A model generated the notes under the pieces. That model was given only the letters and a program-made list of their open reading frames with translations, searched no databases and had not been told where the DNA came from. A stretch of 64,000 nt of DNA. It comes from an uncultured delta proteobacterium (GTDB taxonomy: Bacteria > Myxococcota_A > Polyangia > Haliangiales > Haliangiaceae). Positions 43,420 to 52,856 of this stretch are shown here, in pieces. The position numbers and the translations under genes are program-made. Where the stretch lies: the NCBI GenBank assembly GCA_963848295.1, contig CAWKDB010000011.1, positions 352,001-416,000 on the forward strand. Reading direction: 5' to 3'. Numbering within the stretch: the first letter of the stretch is position 1; the number at the start of each line of letters is the position of its first letter.

Positions 43420-45303
43420 CTACGCGAGCGCGGAGGCGATGAGTCCCGCGGCGCGCGTCGCCATCGCCATGATCGTCAGCTGCGGGTTGACGCCGAGCGC
43501 ACTCGGCACCGTGCTGCCATCGACGATGTAGAGGTCGCGCACGTCGTGGCTCTGGTGATCGAGCCCGACGACGCTCGTCTTCGGATCCTTGCCCATCTTG
43601 CACGTGCCGAGCGGGTGATAGCTCGCGAGCGCGAGCTCGCTCGGCGCCGGCGGAGACGCGCGAAACTTCGCGAGCTCGCCGACCTCGACGATCGGCATGG
43701 TCGAGCGGCCGGCGTAGAGTCGCTTCGCGCCGGCGGCGGCGAGGATCTCGAACATGTGGACCATCCCGGCGTGCAAGCGGTCGCGATCGTCGCGCGTCAC
43801 CGAGTACGTGATCGCCGCGCGCCCGCCGACATCGCGCCACACGCGGCCGGCCGCGCCGGCATCGCGCACGCAGACGCCGAGCGACGCGACGTGCGGCAGC
43901 CGATCGAGCACGTCCATCAATGGCCGGCCCGCGAGCTGAAAGATCTGTGCGGCGACGTTCGTCGTCGGTTGCGCGGCCGCGATCAGCTGGCCCTCGCGCA
44001 GGAACTGATCGCAGCCGTAGCCTTGCGGGATGTGACCGGCCGGATCGATGACGTCGTCGAACAGACCGGCGACGCTCGTCGACGGATGGAGCGTCAGGTT
44101 GCGACCGACCTGCCCGCTTCCGTTCGCGATGCCCTGGCCGAGCAACAGCAGCGGCGTCGGCACGCTGCCGCCGGACAGCACGACCGCGCGGCCGCGCACG
44201 CGCAGCCGCTTGCCGTTGCTCGCGACCCCTTCGACGCCGGTCGCGCGCCCGTCGTCGATGATGATGCGTTCGACCTTGAGCCCGGTGAACAGCTGCGCGC
44301 CCGCGGACAGCGCCGGCGGGATGTACGACAGATTCGTCGAGCGCCGGGCATCGGTGCCGCAGCCGAGATCGCAGAACCCCAAGCCGGTGCAACCTCGCGC
44401 GTTGCGCCGGATCGCGAAGTGGCGCCAGCCGAGGTGGTCGCAGCCGCGCGCGACGATGTTCGCGATCGCCCCGATCTCGGGTTGGATCGCGGGCGTGACG
44501 TCGAGCGTGTCCTCGACGCGTGCGTAGTGTGGCTCCATCGCTTCGCGCGACAGCTCGTCGGTGCCGAGCCGCTCGCACCATTCGTCGAGCACCCACGCCG
44601 GGGTGCGAAAGCAGGTGCCGCCGTTGATCGCGGTCGAGCCGCCGACCATCCGGCCGATGAAGATCGGCATCACGACGTTGCCGACCGAGACCGCCCCTCG
44701 ATAAAATCGCTCGTGCGCGCGCACGAGGCTGCCGTCGAATGCGTCGCGACGGTAGTGCTCGCCCTCCTCGACGTAACACACCGCGAGGCCGCGTTCGGTC
44801 AGCTCGCGACCGACGACCGCGCCGCCGGCGCCGGTGCCGATCACGACGACATCGCACTCGACGTCACCGCCGTCCCACTCGGCGGCGCGATGGATCTGGC
44901 TGAGCCAGCGCGGGCGATCGAGGTTGCCACCGCGGTTGCTCTTGCCGCCCATCGCCGCGATCACGTCGGGCCGATCGAAGTGGACGAGCTTGTACACGAC
45001 GGTGAGGATGTTGAGCGGTTGGCGGAGCAGCGGGTCGCGCTGCCAGGCCTGCACGAGCTCCTCGGCGCGCTCGGGCGCGAGCGACGACAGGCGCCGGCCG
45101 GTGCGCGCGATCGCGGCGGCGTCGAGCGTGCGCTGCGCGATCGCCCACGGCCGAACCAGCCACGGCGCGACGCTGCGGATGACGTGGGTAGCCTCGCGGA
45201 CCGACCGGTCATCGGCCGCCGGGATCGTCGCGCTCCCCGGAATCAGCGCGCGGGCGAGCGCGAGCGCCGAGCGATCCGGCTGAGACGAGAAAAAACCGGC
45301 CAT
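43420..45303 (-). CDS. GMC family FAD oxidoreductase (long-chain alcohol oxidase-like) with an N-terminal accessory domain
   Basis: VIGTGAGG, GRMVGGSTAING, CTGLGFCDLGC, HPLGTCKMG, LGVNPQLTI. Confidence 0.9.
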   Translation of the reverse strand: MAGFFSSQPDRSALALARALIPGSATIPAADDRSVREATHVIRSVAPWLVRPWAIAQRTLDAAAIARTGRRLSSLAPERAEELVQAWQRDPLLRQPLNILTVVYKLVHFDRPDVIAAMGGKSNRGGNLDRPRWLSQIHRAAEWDGGDVECDVVVIGTGAGGAVVGRELTERGLAVCYVEEGEHYRRDAFDGSLVRAHERFYRGAVSVGNVVMPIFIGRMVGGSTAINGGTCFRTPAWVLDEWCERLGTDELSREAMEPHYARVEDTLDVTPAIQPEIGAIANIVARGCDHLGWRHFAIRRNARGCTGLGFCDLGCGTDARRSTNLSYIPPALSAGAQLFTGLKVERIIIDDGRATGVEGVASNGKRLRVRGRAVVLSGGSVPTPLLLLGQGIANGSGQVGRNLTLHPSTSVAGLFDDVIDPAGHIPQGYGCDQFLREGQLIAAAQPTTNVAAQIFQLAGRPLMDVLDRLPHVASLGVCVRDAGAAGRVWRDVGGRAAITYSVTRDDRDRLHAGMVHMFEILAAAGAKRLYAGRSTMPIVEVGELAKFRASPPAPSELALASYHPLGTCKMGKDPKTSVVGLDHQSHDVRDLYIVDGSTVPSALGVNPQLTIMAMATRAAGLIASALA

Positions 45304-45448
45304 CGCGGCGGAGAATCTGCCACGAAATCGTCGACGAGCTGTCGATGAGCACGATTCAGACGTCCGGATTACAAGGCTCGTCTTGCACGTCCCCGGTGCT
45401 GCGCGGACGATGACCTGCCCGCCAAACGGGCTTCGAAAGGGGCGCGCC

Positions 45449-45766
45449 ATGGAGACGATGCACGACGAGCACGAAGACGCGGACGGACACGACCACGCGC
45501 ATGATCACGACCACAATCACAACCACGATCATGGTCACGATCACGATCACGACCACGACCACGACGGCGCTGCGGTGCTCGCGAAGCTGGTGACGAATCA
45601 GAAGATGGTCATCGCGAATCAGCTCAAGATCATCGCGCACCAGAAACAACTCATCGCGAGCCACAAGAAGCTCGACGCGATCGTCACCAATCAGACCAAG
45701 CTCGCCGGTGGCCTGAAGAAGCTCGAGGCGGTCGTCGGGAAGCTCGCGAAGAAGAAGAAGAAGTAA
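45449..45766 (+). CDS. Small His/Asp-rich protein with an NQ-heptad coiled coil and a poly-Lys tail
   Basis: HDHAHDHDHNHNHDHGHDHDHDHDHD, then LVTNQKM-VIANQLK-IIAHQKQ-LIASHKK, ending KKKKK. Confidence 0.7.
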   Translation: METMHDEHEDADGHDHAHDHDHNHNHDHGHDHDHDHDHDGAAVLAKLVTNQKMVIANQLKIIAHQKQLIASHKKLDAIVTNQTKLAGGLKKLEAVVGKLAKKKKK

Positions 45767-45775
45767 GTCGGGCGA

Positions 45776-48064
45776 TCAGTACTCGAAGTAGATGAACGGC
45801 ACGACCTTCGGATGAGCGAGCTCGCGCAGGACGAGCGCGGCACCACATAGCACCGCGCCTTGCGCGATCGCCGGCAGCGCGCAGAATCGCTCGCGCAACC
45901 AGCGAAAGCTGCCGTCGGCGAAGAAGTGCGCCAGCAGGCCGATGGTCAGCAGCATCATCACGATCGGCCCGGCGTTCGCGTGACCGGTCTCGCCGGCCGC
46001 GATCTGGCGCAACACGTCGAGCGCGTTGTCGAACGACGTCGCGCGAAAGAAGATCCACGCGAGGCAGACGTACGCGAACACGAGCACGACGGCGAGCCCG
46101 CGGCGCACGACCGCGACCGCCGCGGGAACGAGATCGACGCTAGCCGCGCGCTCGACGATATCGGCCGCGAGCGCGAGCGCCCACACGACGACCGCGGCGG
46201 GGATCCACGTCCACGCGGCGGCCCACTGAAGCGCGGCGAGCGTCGCGAGGAACATCGCGCACATCGTCCAGCGCAGCACGGTCGCGACCACCGCCGCGGT
46301 GCCGGTCGTGGCGACCGCCGCGTCCGGACCGACGCGATCGGCGCCGAGCCACGCGGTCAGCACGGCCCACAGCGGCGTGGCGTACAACCACACGACGACG
46401 AGTTGTGCCCACACGCCGAGGTCGGCGGGCAGCGCGAACCGTTGCAGCGCGAACCCGCCGAGCGCGATGCCGAGGCACGCGAGCACGAGATGCGGCGCAC
46501 GATCGGGGTCGGTTGCGGTCCGGCGTTGGAAGTAACGCGTCACCGCCAACCCGAAGCCGTGGAGCGCGCCCCACACGACGTACGTCCAGCGCGGGCCGTG
46601 CCAGAGCCCACCGATCAGCATCGTCAGGCTCAGGTTGAGATAGGTCCGCCACGCGGCGCCGCGACTGCCGCCGAGCGTGATGTAGAGGTAGTCGCGCAAC
46701 CAGGTCGACAGCGTGATGTGCCAGCGCCGCCAGAACTCTTGGAGGTTCGCGCTGCGGTACGGAGTGCGAAAGTTCTCGGGCAGCGTGAAGCCCAGGATCG
46801 CGGCCGAGCCGATCGCGATGTCGGAGTACGCGGAGAAGTCGGTGTAGATCTGCAACGCGAAGCCGACGACGCCGGCGATGATCTCGAGCATCGTGAAGTG
46901 ACTCGGATCGGCGAACACGCGCAACACGATCGCCATCGCGAGCGCGTCCGCGATCGCGAGCTTCTTGAACAAGCCAATGACGATGCGGAACAGCCCGACT
47001 GTCGCCTTCTCGAGCTCGAGCGCCGGAAAATCCGCGAGCTGCGGCAACAGGTCCTGCGCGCGCACGATCGGCCCGGCGACGAGCTGCGGGAAGAACAACA
47101 CGAACGTCGAGAACTGCAGGATCGAGCGCGTGGGCTTGAGCTGCCGGCGATAGACGTCGATCGTGTACGACAGCGACTGGAACGTGTGAAACGAGATCCC
47201 CGCCGGCAAGATCAAGTGCAGCCACGGATAGTGCGGCTGATGCACGTGAGCGCCGAGGTGTGCATTCGCGAACGCGACGCCGTCCTCGATGACGTCGTGC
47301 ATGAAGAAGTCGGTGTACTTGAACGCAAACAAGATGCCGAGGTTCGACACCAAGCTCGCGATCATCAGCGCGCGCCTCGCGGCCTGGGTCTTCGCCGCGT
47401 CGATCCACAGCGCGAGGTAGTAATCGAGACTGAACGTCGCGAGCAGCAGCGCGAGCAGGTAGCGATAGCCGCCCGACTTCGATGACGCCCACGCCTGATA
47501 GAACAAGCCGGACGCGACGAACAGCACGAGCACGCGCCCGAGCGGCCGCGACGCGTCTTCTTGCGCCGCGCCGATCGCGACGCCGAGGATCGCGAGCACG
47601 AGCAAATGGCCGTAGCTAGCGAACCGACTGTCGACGAGATCGAGCCGGCCGATCGCCATCGTCGAGATCACCGCGACCACGAGCACCACGAGCGCCGCGA
47701 CGAACGAGCGTGCGATCACCTTCTGCCCGCGCTCCGAGCCGGCCCACGCGCCCGCCCTCCGACCGCTCGCGATCGCGCCGAGGAGCAGCGCGAGCCCTAT
47801 CGTCCACCTCCCGACGAGCCCGAGCGTCCACGCCGGCGTGACGTCGCTCGAATCGAACGCCTGGGCGAGCCGCAGCAGCGCGCCGCCGAGCGGATCCCAC
47901 AGCGCGTTCGGATCCCTCGAGATCAGCGTGAACGCGATGTCGCCGAGCAACACCATCACGCCGATCCGGGCCCACCGGCCGCGCGCGCCGCCGAGCCGGG
48001 TCAGCGCGTAGATCAGGAACACCGCGGTGAGAAACACCGGGTAGTCGGGCGACGCGAAGTTCAT
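45776..48064 (-). CDS. MBOAT family O-acyltransferase (AlgI/PatA-like), with extra TM segments
   Basis: LPAGISFHTFQSLSYTID, FFPQLVAGPI, DFSAYSDIAIG, EFWRRWHITLSTWLRDYLY, GLWHG. Confidence 0.92.
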   Translation of the reverse strand: MNFASPDYPVFLTAVFLIYALTRLGGARGRWARIGVMVLLGDIAFTLISRDPNALWDPLGGALLRLAQAFDSSDVTPAWTLGLVGRWTIGLALLLGAIASGRRAGAWAGSERGQKVIARSFVAALVVLVVAVISTMAIGRLDLVDSRFASYGHLLVLAILGVAIGAAQEDASRPLGRVLVLFVASGLFYQAWASSKSGGYRYLLALLLATFSLDYYLALWIDAAKTQAARRALMIASLVSNLGILFAFKYTDFFMHDVIEDGVAFANAHLGAHVHQPHYPWLHLILPAGISFHTFQSLSYTIDVYRRQLKPTRSILQFSTFVLFFPQLVAGPIVRAQDLLPQLADFPALELEKATVGLFRIVIGLFKKLAIADALAMAIVLRVFADPSHFTMLEIIAGVVGFALQIYTDFSAYSDIAIGSAAILGFTLPENFRTPYRSANLQEFWRRWHITLSTWLRDYLYITLGGSRGAAWRTYLNLSLTMLIGGLWHGPRWTYVVWGALHGFGLAVTRYFQRRTATDPDRAPHLVLACLGIALGGFALQRFALPADLGVWAQLVVVWLYATPLWAVLTAWLGADRVGPDAAVATTGTAAVVATVLRWTMCAMFLATLAALQWAAAWTWIPAAVVVWALALAADIVERAASVDLVPAAVAVVRRGLAVVLVFAYVCLAWIFFRATSFDNALDVLRQIAAGETGHANAGPIVMMLLTIGLLAHFFADGSFRWLRERFCALPAIAQGAVLCGAALVLRELAHPKVVPFIYFEY

Positions 48065-49548
48065 TTCACGTCTGGATCGGTCGGCACCGGGCCCGGCAAC
48101 CGCACGTCACTGCTCGCGGGCGGCGCGGGTGCAGGAGGCGACGATGCGGCCGCCGCGCTCGCCGGGAGCTGATGGGCCGCACGCCATCGCGCGTAGCCGT
48201 CGAGCAGCGCGGCCTCGAGCGCGTCGGCCCACATCTGGTAGCCGACATCGGTGAAGTGGGTATGGTCCTTGTAGGCGACCTTCGGCTCGGCGAGCAGCCA
48301 GCCGTGCATGTGATCCGCGCCGCCCATCGCGGCGAACGTATCGAAGAACGCGACGTGATTGCGCGCTGCGGCGGCATGCTCGACCGCGATGATCTCGCCG
48401 AGCACCGCAGGCGTGCGCCACTCGCACTCGGGGATCACGGCGGCGTCGGGCTTCGCGTTCGGCTTGCGGCGGTCGCACGACCTGCCCGCCTCGCGCTTGC
48501 CGAGGTCCGGCGGCCCGAGCACCAAGATCGACGCGGTCGGCACCGCGGCGCGAATCCGCAAGATCGTCTCGTCGTAATACCTCGCGAGCGCCTCGAGATC
48601 GAGATCCGGATCGTCGGCTTCGTTCGTCCCGTACTGCAAGACGACGAGCTTCGGGTCGCGCGTCGCGAGCTGCTCGCCGATGATCGACCAGTCCCACGAA
48701 CGCAAGCTACCGAGCCGCCGACCGACGACGCCGAGTGAATCGACGATCACGCCTGGCTTCGCGCGCTCGAGCGCGACTCCGAACAGATCGATCGCGCCGC
48801 CACCACCGTGCTCGAGCGTCAGCTTGTGCGGACCATCCGGCACCGGGATGACTTGGCGCGCTGGATGCGGTGGTTCGATCGCGGTGGTCCTCGTGGCGAG
48901 CTGTTGCCACGCGCCGTCGTCGACGCGATAGCGCAGCACGCCGTGATCCGGCGCGGCGTAGTACCAGATCTCGAACTGCGCGACGCTCTTGTCGGTCGGA
49001 CAGTCGGCGCACGTGCTGACCCACAGCTGCGCGCCCTTGCGCTTGCCGGACACGCGCAGGCCGGCGATGCCGAACGGCTCGCTGTCGCCGCGATGGCCGC
49101 CGACCGCGGCGGTCCAATCGCCGGCGCGACCGTAGCTGACATCGCGCTGATAGTAGTGACGCGTCGGCGGCCGACCCGCAGCCACCAGGCCGCGACCGGC
49201 GTCGCCAAACCGGCTCTGGAGCGTGACCCGCAGCCGCCCGGTCAGCGAATCGCCGGCGGTGTGCGAGTCGCCGAAGAACAGCAGGTCGACGCGCGCGCCG
49301 GGGTCGCCGTGCTCGGCCGCCGCGAGCGACGAGTACAGATCGTCGAGCGTGGTCGCTGGTGCGTCGAGAAACCCGGCCTCTGCAGCGGCACCGGCATCGC
49401 CAGCGGCCTGGGCCGTGGTCGAGACGCCTGCGTCGCCGGCGCGCTCGGGGCCGTGCGGTGACGTCGGGCGTGGAGAGCGCTCTCCGTCACAGCCCGAGCC
49501 GCAACCGAGCAGCGCGGACGCGAGCGCGAGCGCGAATACGGTGCGCAT
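48061..49548 (-). CDS. SGNH/GDSL lipoprotein (Ape1/PatB-like O-acetyl esterase or transferase)
   Basis: LLGC lipobox, GDSH, YGTNE, DHTH. TGATG coupling with the upstream gene. Confidence 0.8.
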   Translation of the reverse strand: MRTVFALALASALLGCGSGCDGERSPRPTSPHGPERAGDAGVSTTAQAAGDAGAAAEAGFLDAPATTLDDLYSSLAAAEHGDPGARVDLLFFGDSHTAGDSLTGRLRVTLQSRFGDAGRGLVAAGRPPTRHYYQRDVSYGRAGDWTAAVGGHRGDSEPFGIAGLRVSGKRKGAQLWVSTCADCPTDKSVAQFEIWYYAAPDHGVLRYRVDDGAWQQLATRTTAIEPPHPARQVIPVPDGPHKLTLEHGGGGAIDLFGVALERAKPGVIVDSLGVVGRRLGSLRSWDWSIIGEQLATRDPKLVVLQYGTNEADDPDLDLEALARYYDETILRIRAAVPTASILVLGPPDLGKREAGRSCDRRKPNAKPDAAVIPECEWRTPAVLGEIIAVEHAAAARNHVAFFDTFAAMGGADHMHGWLLAEPKVAYKDHTHFTDVGYQMWADALEAALLDGYARWRAAHQLPASAAAASSPPAPAPPASSDVRLPGPVPTDPDVK

Positions 49549-51044
49549 CAGGTACCGCGATCTGGGCGGTGATAGTTCGCGAAGCCCGCGAACAACGCAT
49601 CGTAGATCGCGTCGGACAGGAGGTTCGCTCCCTTGTGCGACAGGTGCTGGAAGTCGCTGCCGACGTAGCCCCTGCGAAACCACTTCGCGGCCGAGCCCTT
49701 GCCGCCCATCCAGTCGTACGTCGAGAAGAACGCGCAGCCTTGCGCGTGCGCCGCCGAGCGTTGCGCCGCCACGAGCACCGGCATCACCGGCCGCGACGGA
49801 TAGCCACCGTCCTTTGACTCCGCTTGATCGGTCGGCGACACGACGAGACAAGAACCGTCGGGCAAGCCCTTGCGAATCGGTGCGAGCACCTTCTCGTAGT
49901 GCTCCTGATAGTGCTTCGTGTCTTGATCGCTCGGCCCGAGCCACTCGGCTTCGTTCGCGCCGATCATGATCATCACGAGATCCGCGTGGCGATGCGCCAG
50001 CTCGGACGCCCAGTGGTCCGGGTCGGCGACGCCCCAGCTCTTGACGTTGACGCTCACGATCCCGAGGTTGTCGACGACGGCACCCTTATCGTTCTCGAGA
50101 TCGATGCCGAACAGCCGCACGCGCCCCGCCGCGGAGATCTCGAACTTGCTCGCGCCGCCGTCGACCTTCGCCGCGACGTAGCCCGGCTGTTTGGCATCGC
50201 CGCGGGTCGTCGCGGTGATCAGCTCGGTGCCGTCCGCGCTGACCTTCGCCGTGCCGCCGCCGGGTTGCGCGAGGTAGTACAGCTCGACGTTCGTGACCTT
50301 GCCCTTGACGAGCTTGATCGTCGAGTGACCGTCGCCGGTCTCCGCCGTGCTGCCGCCGACACCGTAGAAACCGTCGCCGGTCTGCAGCGTCGAGATCGCA
50401 TGCGGATACCACGTGCCGCTGATCGATCGCGTGATCGCGTCATGCGCGCAAAACGTATGCGGCGGCACCGCGAACACGAACCCCGGCCCACCGTCGCCGA
50501 GCTCGGCTTGCAGGCGCACGCGCAGGCGACCGGGCAACGCGTCGTCCGCGACGATCGAGTCGCCGTACCACGACACGCGCACGGCGCGACCGAGCGTGCC
50601 GGCCTTCTCGTCGGACACCGCGCGATAGAATCCGTCGAGCGCGTGACGCTTGCAGTGCGCGTCGTCGCCCGCGACGGTCCCGGCTCGCCCGGGACCGGCA
50701 GCACCGCCGGATGGCGTTGCGGTTCGATCGACACAGGGATTGTCCAGCGCGGACGGGACGGTGGCCGCGGACGCCGCTCCGCTCGTACCGCCGCCGGTCG
50801 CGGACGCGGCGCCGGTGGCATCGCCATTGTCCGCGGCCGCGTACGAGTCGCCGTCGTCGTCGGTCTCGGCCGGGCTGCCGAAGTCCGGGCCGGTCGGCGC
50901 TGCCTCACTAGATCCCGGCGGCGAGGTCAGGCGATCGGCGATCGCGGTCACGCCTCCATCCGCCCACACGATCGCGACCGTCACGAACGCAAAGAACGAC
51001 GCGAGCACCGGCGTGATGCTCCAGCTACGGTCGGGTGCGGACAC
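49548..51044 (-). CDS. SGNH/GDSL protein with N-terminal membrane anchor (PatB/Ape-like)
   Basis: WYGDS, IGANE, DFQH. Start uncertain; GTG 51044 chosen. Confidence 0.78.
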   Translation of the reverse strand: MSAPDRSWSITPVLASFFAFVTVAIVWADGGVTAIADRLTSPPGSSEAAPTGPDFGSPAETDDDGDSYAAADNGDATGAASATGGGTSGAASAATVPSALDNPCVDRTATPSGGAAGPGRAGTVAGDDAHCKRHALDGFYRAVSDEKAGTLGRAVRVSWYGDSIVADDALPGRLRVRLQAELGDGGPGFVFAVPPHTFCAHDAITRSISGTWYPHAISTLQTGDGFYGVGGSTAETGDGHSTIKLVKGKVTNVELYYLAQPGGGTAKVSADGTELITATTRGDAKQPGYVAAKVDGGASKFEISAAGRVRLFGIDLENDKGAVVDNLGIVSVNVKSWGVADPDHWASELAHRHADLVMIMIGANEAEWLGPSDQDTKHYQEHYEKVLAPIRKGLPDGSCLVVSPTDQAESKDGGYPSRPVMPVLVAAQRSAAHAQGCAFFSTYDWMGGKGSAAKWFRRGYVGSDFQHLSHKGANLLSDAIYDALFAGFANYHRPDRGT

Positions 51045-51148
51045 CGTGGTCGAAGGTAAGCGATGTTGCGGGGGAGTCAAGGTTCGGGGGCCGAAGGGCG
51101 GTGTAGTGGCGCGCGACTCGCATACATCGATGGTCACGGAGGGTGTTC

Positions 51149-51826
51149 ATGAGAAGCCTAGTCTTGATCAGGTTGGTTAGCGTTGCTGCGTGCGGCGGTG
51201 GGGGCGGCGATGCATCGGGCGATTCCGGAGGCAACAACGTCGCACCCCGCGTCCTGGGTGGTGGTGGGATCGCCGACGGTCCGATCGACGGTGTGGTGAA
51301 TCTCTACGTGGTCGACGACGGCTCTCGGACGCCGATCTCGGGCGCGAACGTCCAGGTCGGCACCGTGACCGGCACCACCGACGCGACCGGGTTGTTCATC
51401 GCGACCGGCCTGGCCGGCGCGCAGACCGTGCTGGTCCAGGCCGCCGGCTATCAATCGGCGATGTAGGTCGCCGCGAACGGCGCGAACATCACGATCGACG
51501 TCAAGCCGACCACCGATCCGACGCCGCCGAGCGCGAACATCTCTGGCACCGTCGACTTGAGCGGCCTCGTCGTCGGCAGCATCGACGACCACCGCACGGC
51601 GGTCGTCGTCTACTCGCAGGACCCAGGCGCTGCCGACGCCGTGAACACCTTCGACAACAGCTCGACGCTCACGATTCCCGCGCTCACCGCCCTGCCCGCC
51701 GGCGGGTCGATCACCGGCTCGGTCCAGGGCCTCGGCGGCACGATCGATCCCACGAACTTCGAGATCGACCGCGATCGCGACAAATTGACCGGCGCGGCCG
51801 GCCAAGGGTTCATGATCACGAACTGA
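51149..51826 (+). pseudogene. Lipoprotein with a carboxypeptidase-regulatory-like domain, interrupted by an in-frame TAG (51464-51466)
   Basis: VAAC lipobox and TPISGANVQVG...TDATG...AAGY. The frame continues after TAG as VAANGANITID... to the stop at 51826. Confidence 0.65.
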
Positions 51827-51862
51827 CGCGCCGACGCTCGCCTCGCGCTACACTGGAATGGC

Positions 51863-52843
51863 ATGCGATGGTTTGCGTCGTGCTTGATCGTGGCCGCGTG
51901 CGCAAATCCGCCGCCGCCGGTCGAGCCGAGCCAACCCGACCAGGCGGACCCAGACGACGACGCGACCGATCCGGCCCCGGCGCCGGTCGCGCCGCTCTAC
52001 GACCCGACCCATGCCGGGAAGGTCGTGTCGAAGCTGACCGAGTACGCCTTCGACGGCGGCTGGATCGAGTTCGAGATGCGGCGTGACGGCAACCGCGTGT
52101 TCGAGATCGTGTACGACCACTACGCGGTCGCGGTCACGGTCGCGTGGCAATTCGCCGCGCTCGCGAACCTCGAGCCGACCTCGGCGATGTCGGGCGTCGT
52201 CGTGTTGCCGGCGGCGAAGGCGCCGAACGCGCGAGGGGCGCCGGTCGTGATCGCGAGCTACTCGGTGCTCGATCCGACCAAGCCGTATCATCGCGAGCTC
52301 TTGATGCACGCGCGCTGGGGCGACCCGCGCTCGACCCCGACCCGGTACGCCTATCGCCTGCCGTTCCCGACCGGCTCGACGTTCTCGGTGCTGCAGGGAT
52401 TCCATGGCGCGTTCTCGCACCGCGGCTCGAACGAATACGCGGTCGACTTCGACTGTCCTCAGGCGACCCCGGTGCTCGCCGCCCGCGCGGGAACGATCGT
52501 CGCGTCTAACGCAGCCGCGCAGTGGGCTGGGACCACGCCCGAGTTCCTCGACTACCGCCACACGAACTTCGTGATCGTCTTGCACGACGACGGCACGCTC
52601 GGCGAGTACATGCACTTGTCGCCGAGCGGCGTCGAGGTCGTCGCCGGTCAGCGCGTGACTCGCGGCCAGGAGCTCGGCCTGTCCGGCAATACCGGGTTCT
52701 CGACGACGCCCCACCTGCACTTCCAGGTCATGACCGCCGCCGAAGATGGTATCGCGGCTCACTCGTTTCCGTTCGAGATCGCGATCGCACCGGCAACGTA
52801 CGTAGCGCCGGTCCAGGGCAAGTCCTACACCGCGTGGGAGTGA
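51863..52843 (+). CDS. M23 family metallopeptidase lipoprotein
   Basis: VAAC lipobox, H...YAVDF, YMHL, SGNTGFSTTPHLHF. Confidence 0.88.
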   Translation: MRWFASCLIVAACANPPPPVEPSQPDQADPDDDATDPAPAPVAPLYDPTHAGKVVSKLTEYAFDGGWIEFEMRRDGNRVFEIVYDHYAVAVTVAWQFAALANLEPTSAMSGVVVLPAAKAPNARGAPVVIASYSVLDPTKPYHRELLMHARWGDPRSTPTRYAYRLPFPTGSTFSVLQGFHGAFSHRGSNEYAVDFDCPQATPVLAARAGTIVASNAAAQWAGTTPEFLDYRHTNFVIVLHDDGTLGEYMHLSPSGVEVVAGQRVTRGQELGLSGNTGFSTTPHLHFQVMTAAEDGIAAHSFPFEIAIAPATYVAPVQGKSYTAWE

Positions 52844-52856
52844 TAAGCTGTGCGCG

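Noticed and set aside
51464..51466. Pyrrolysine or programmed amber readthrough
   Set aside because: No pyl genes in the window, TAG is a normal stop for many genes here, and a TGG>TAG change is simpler.
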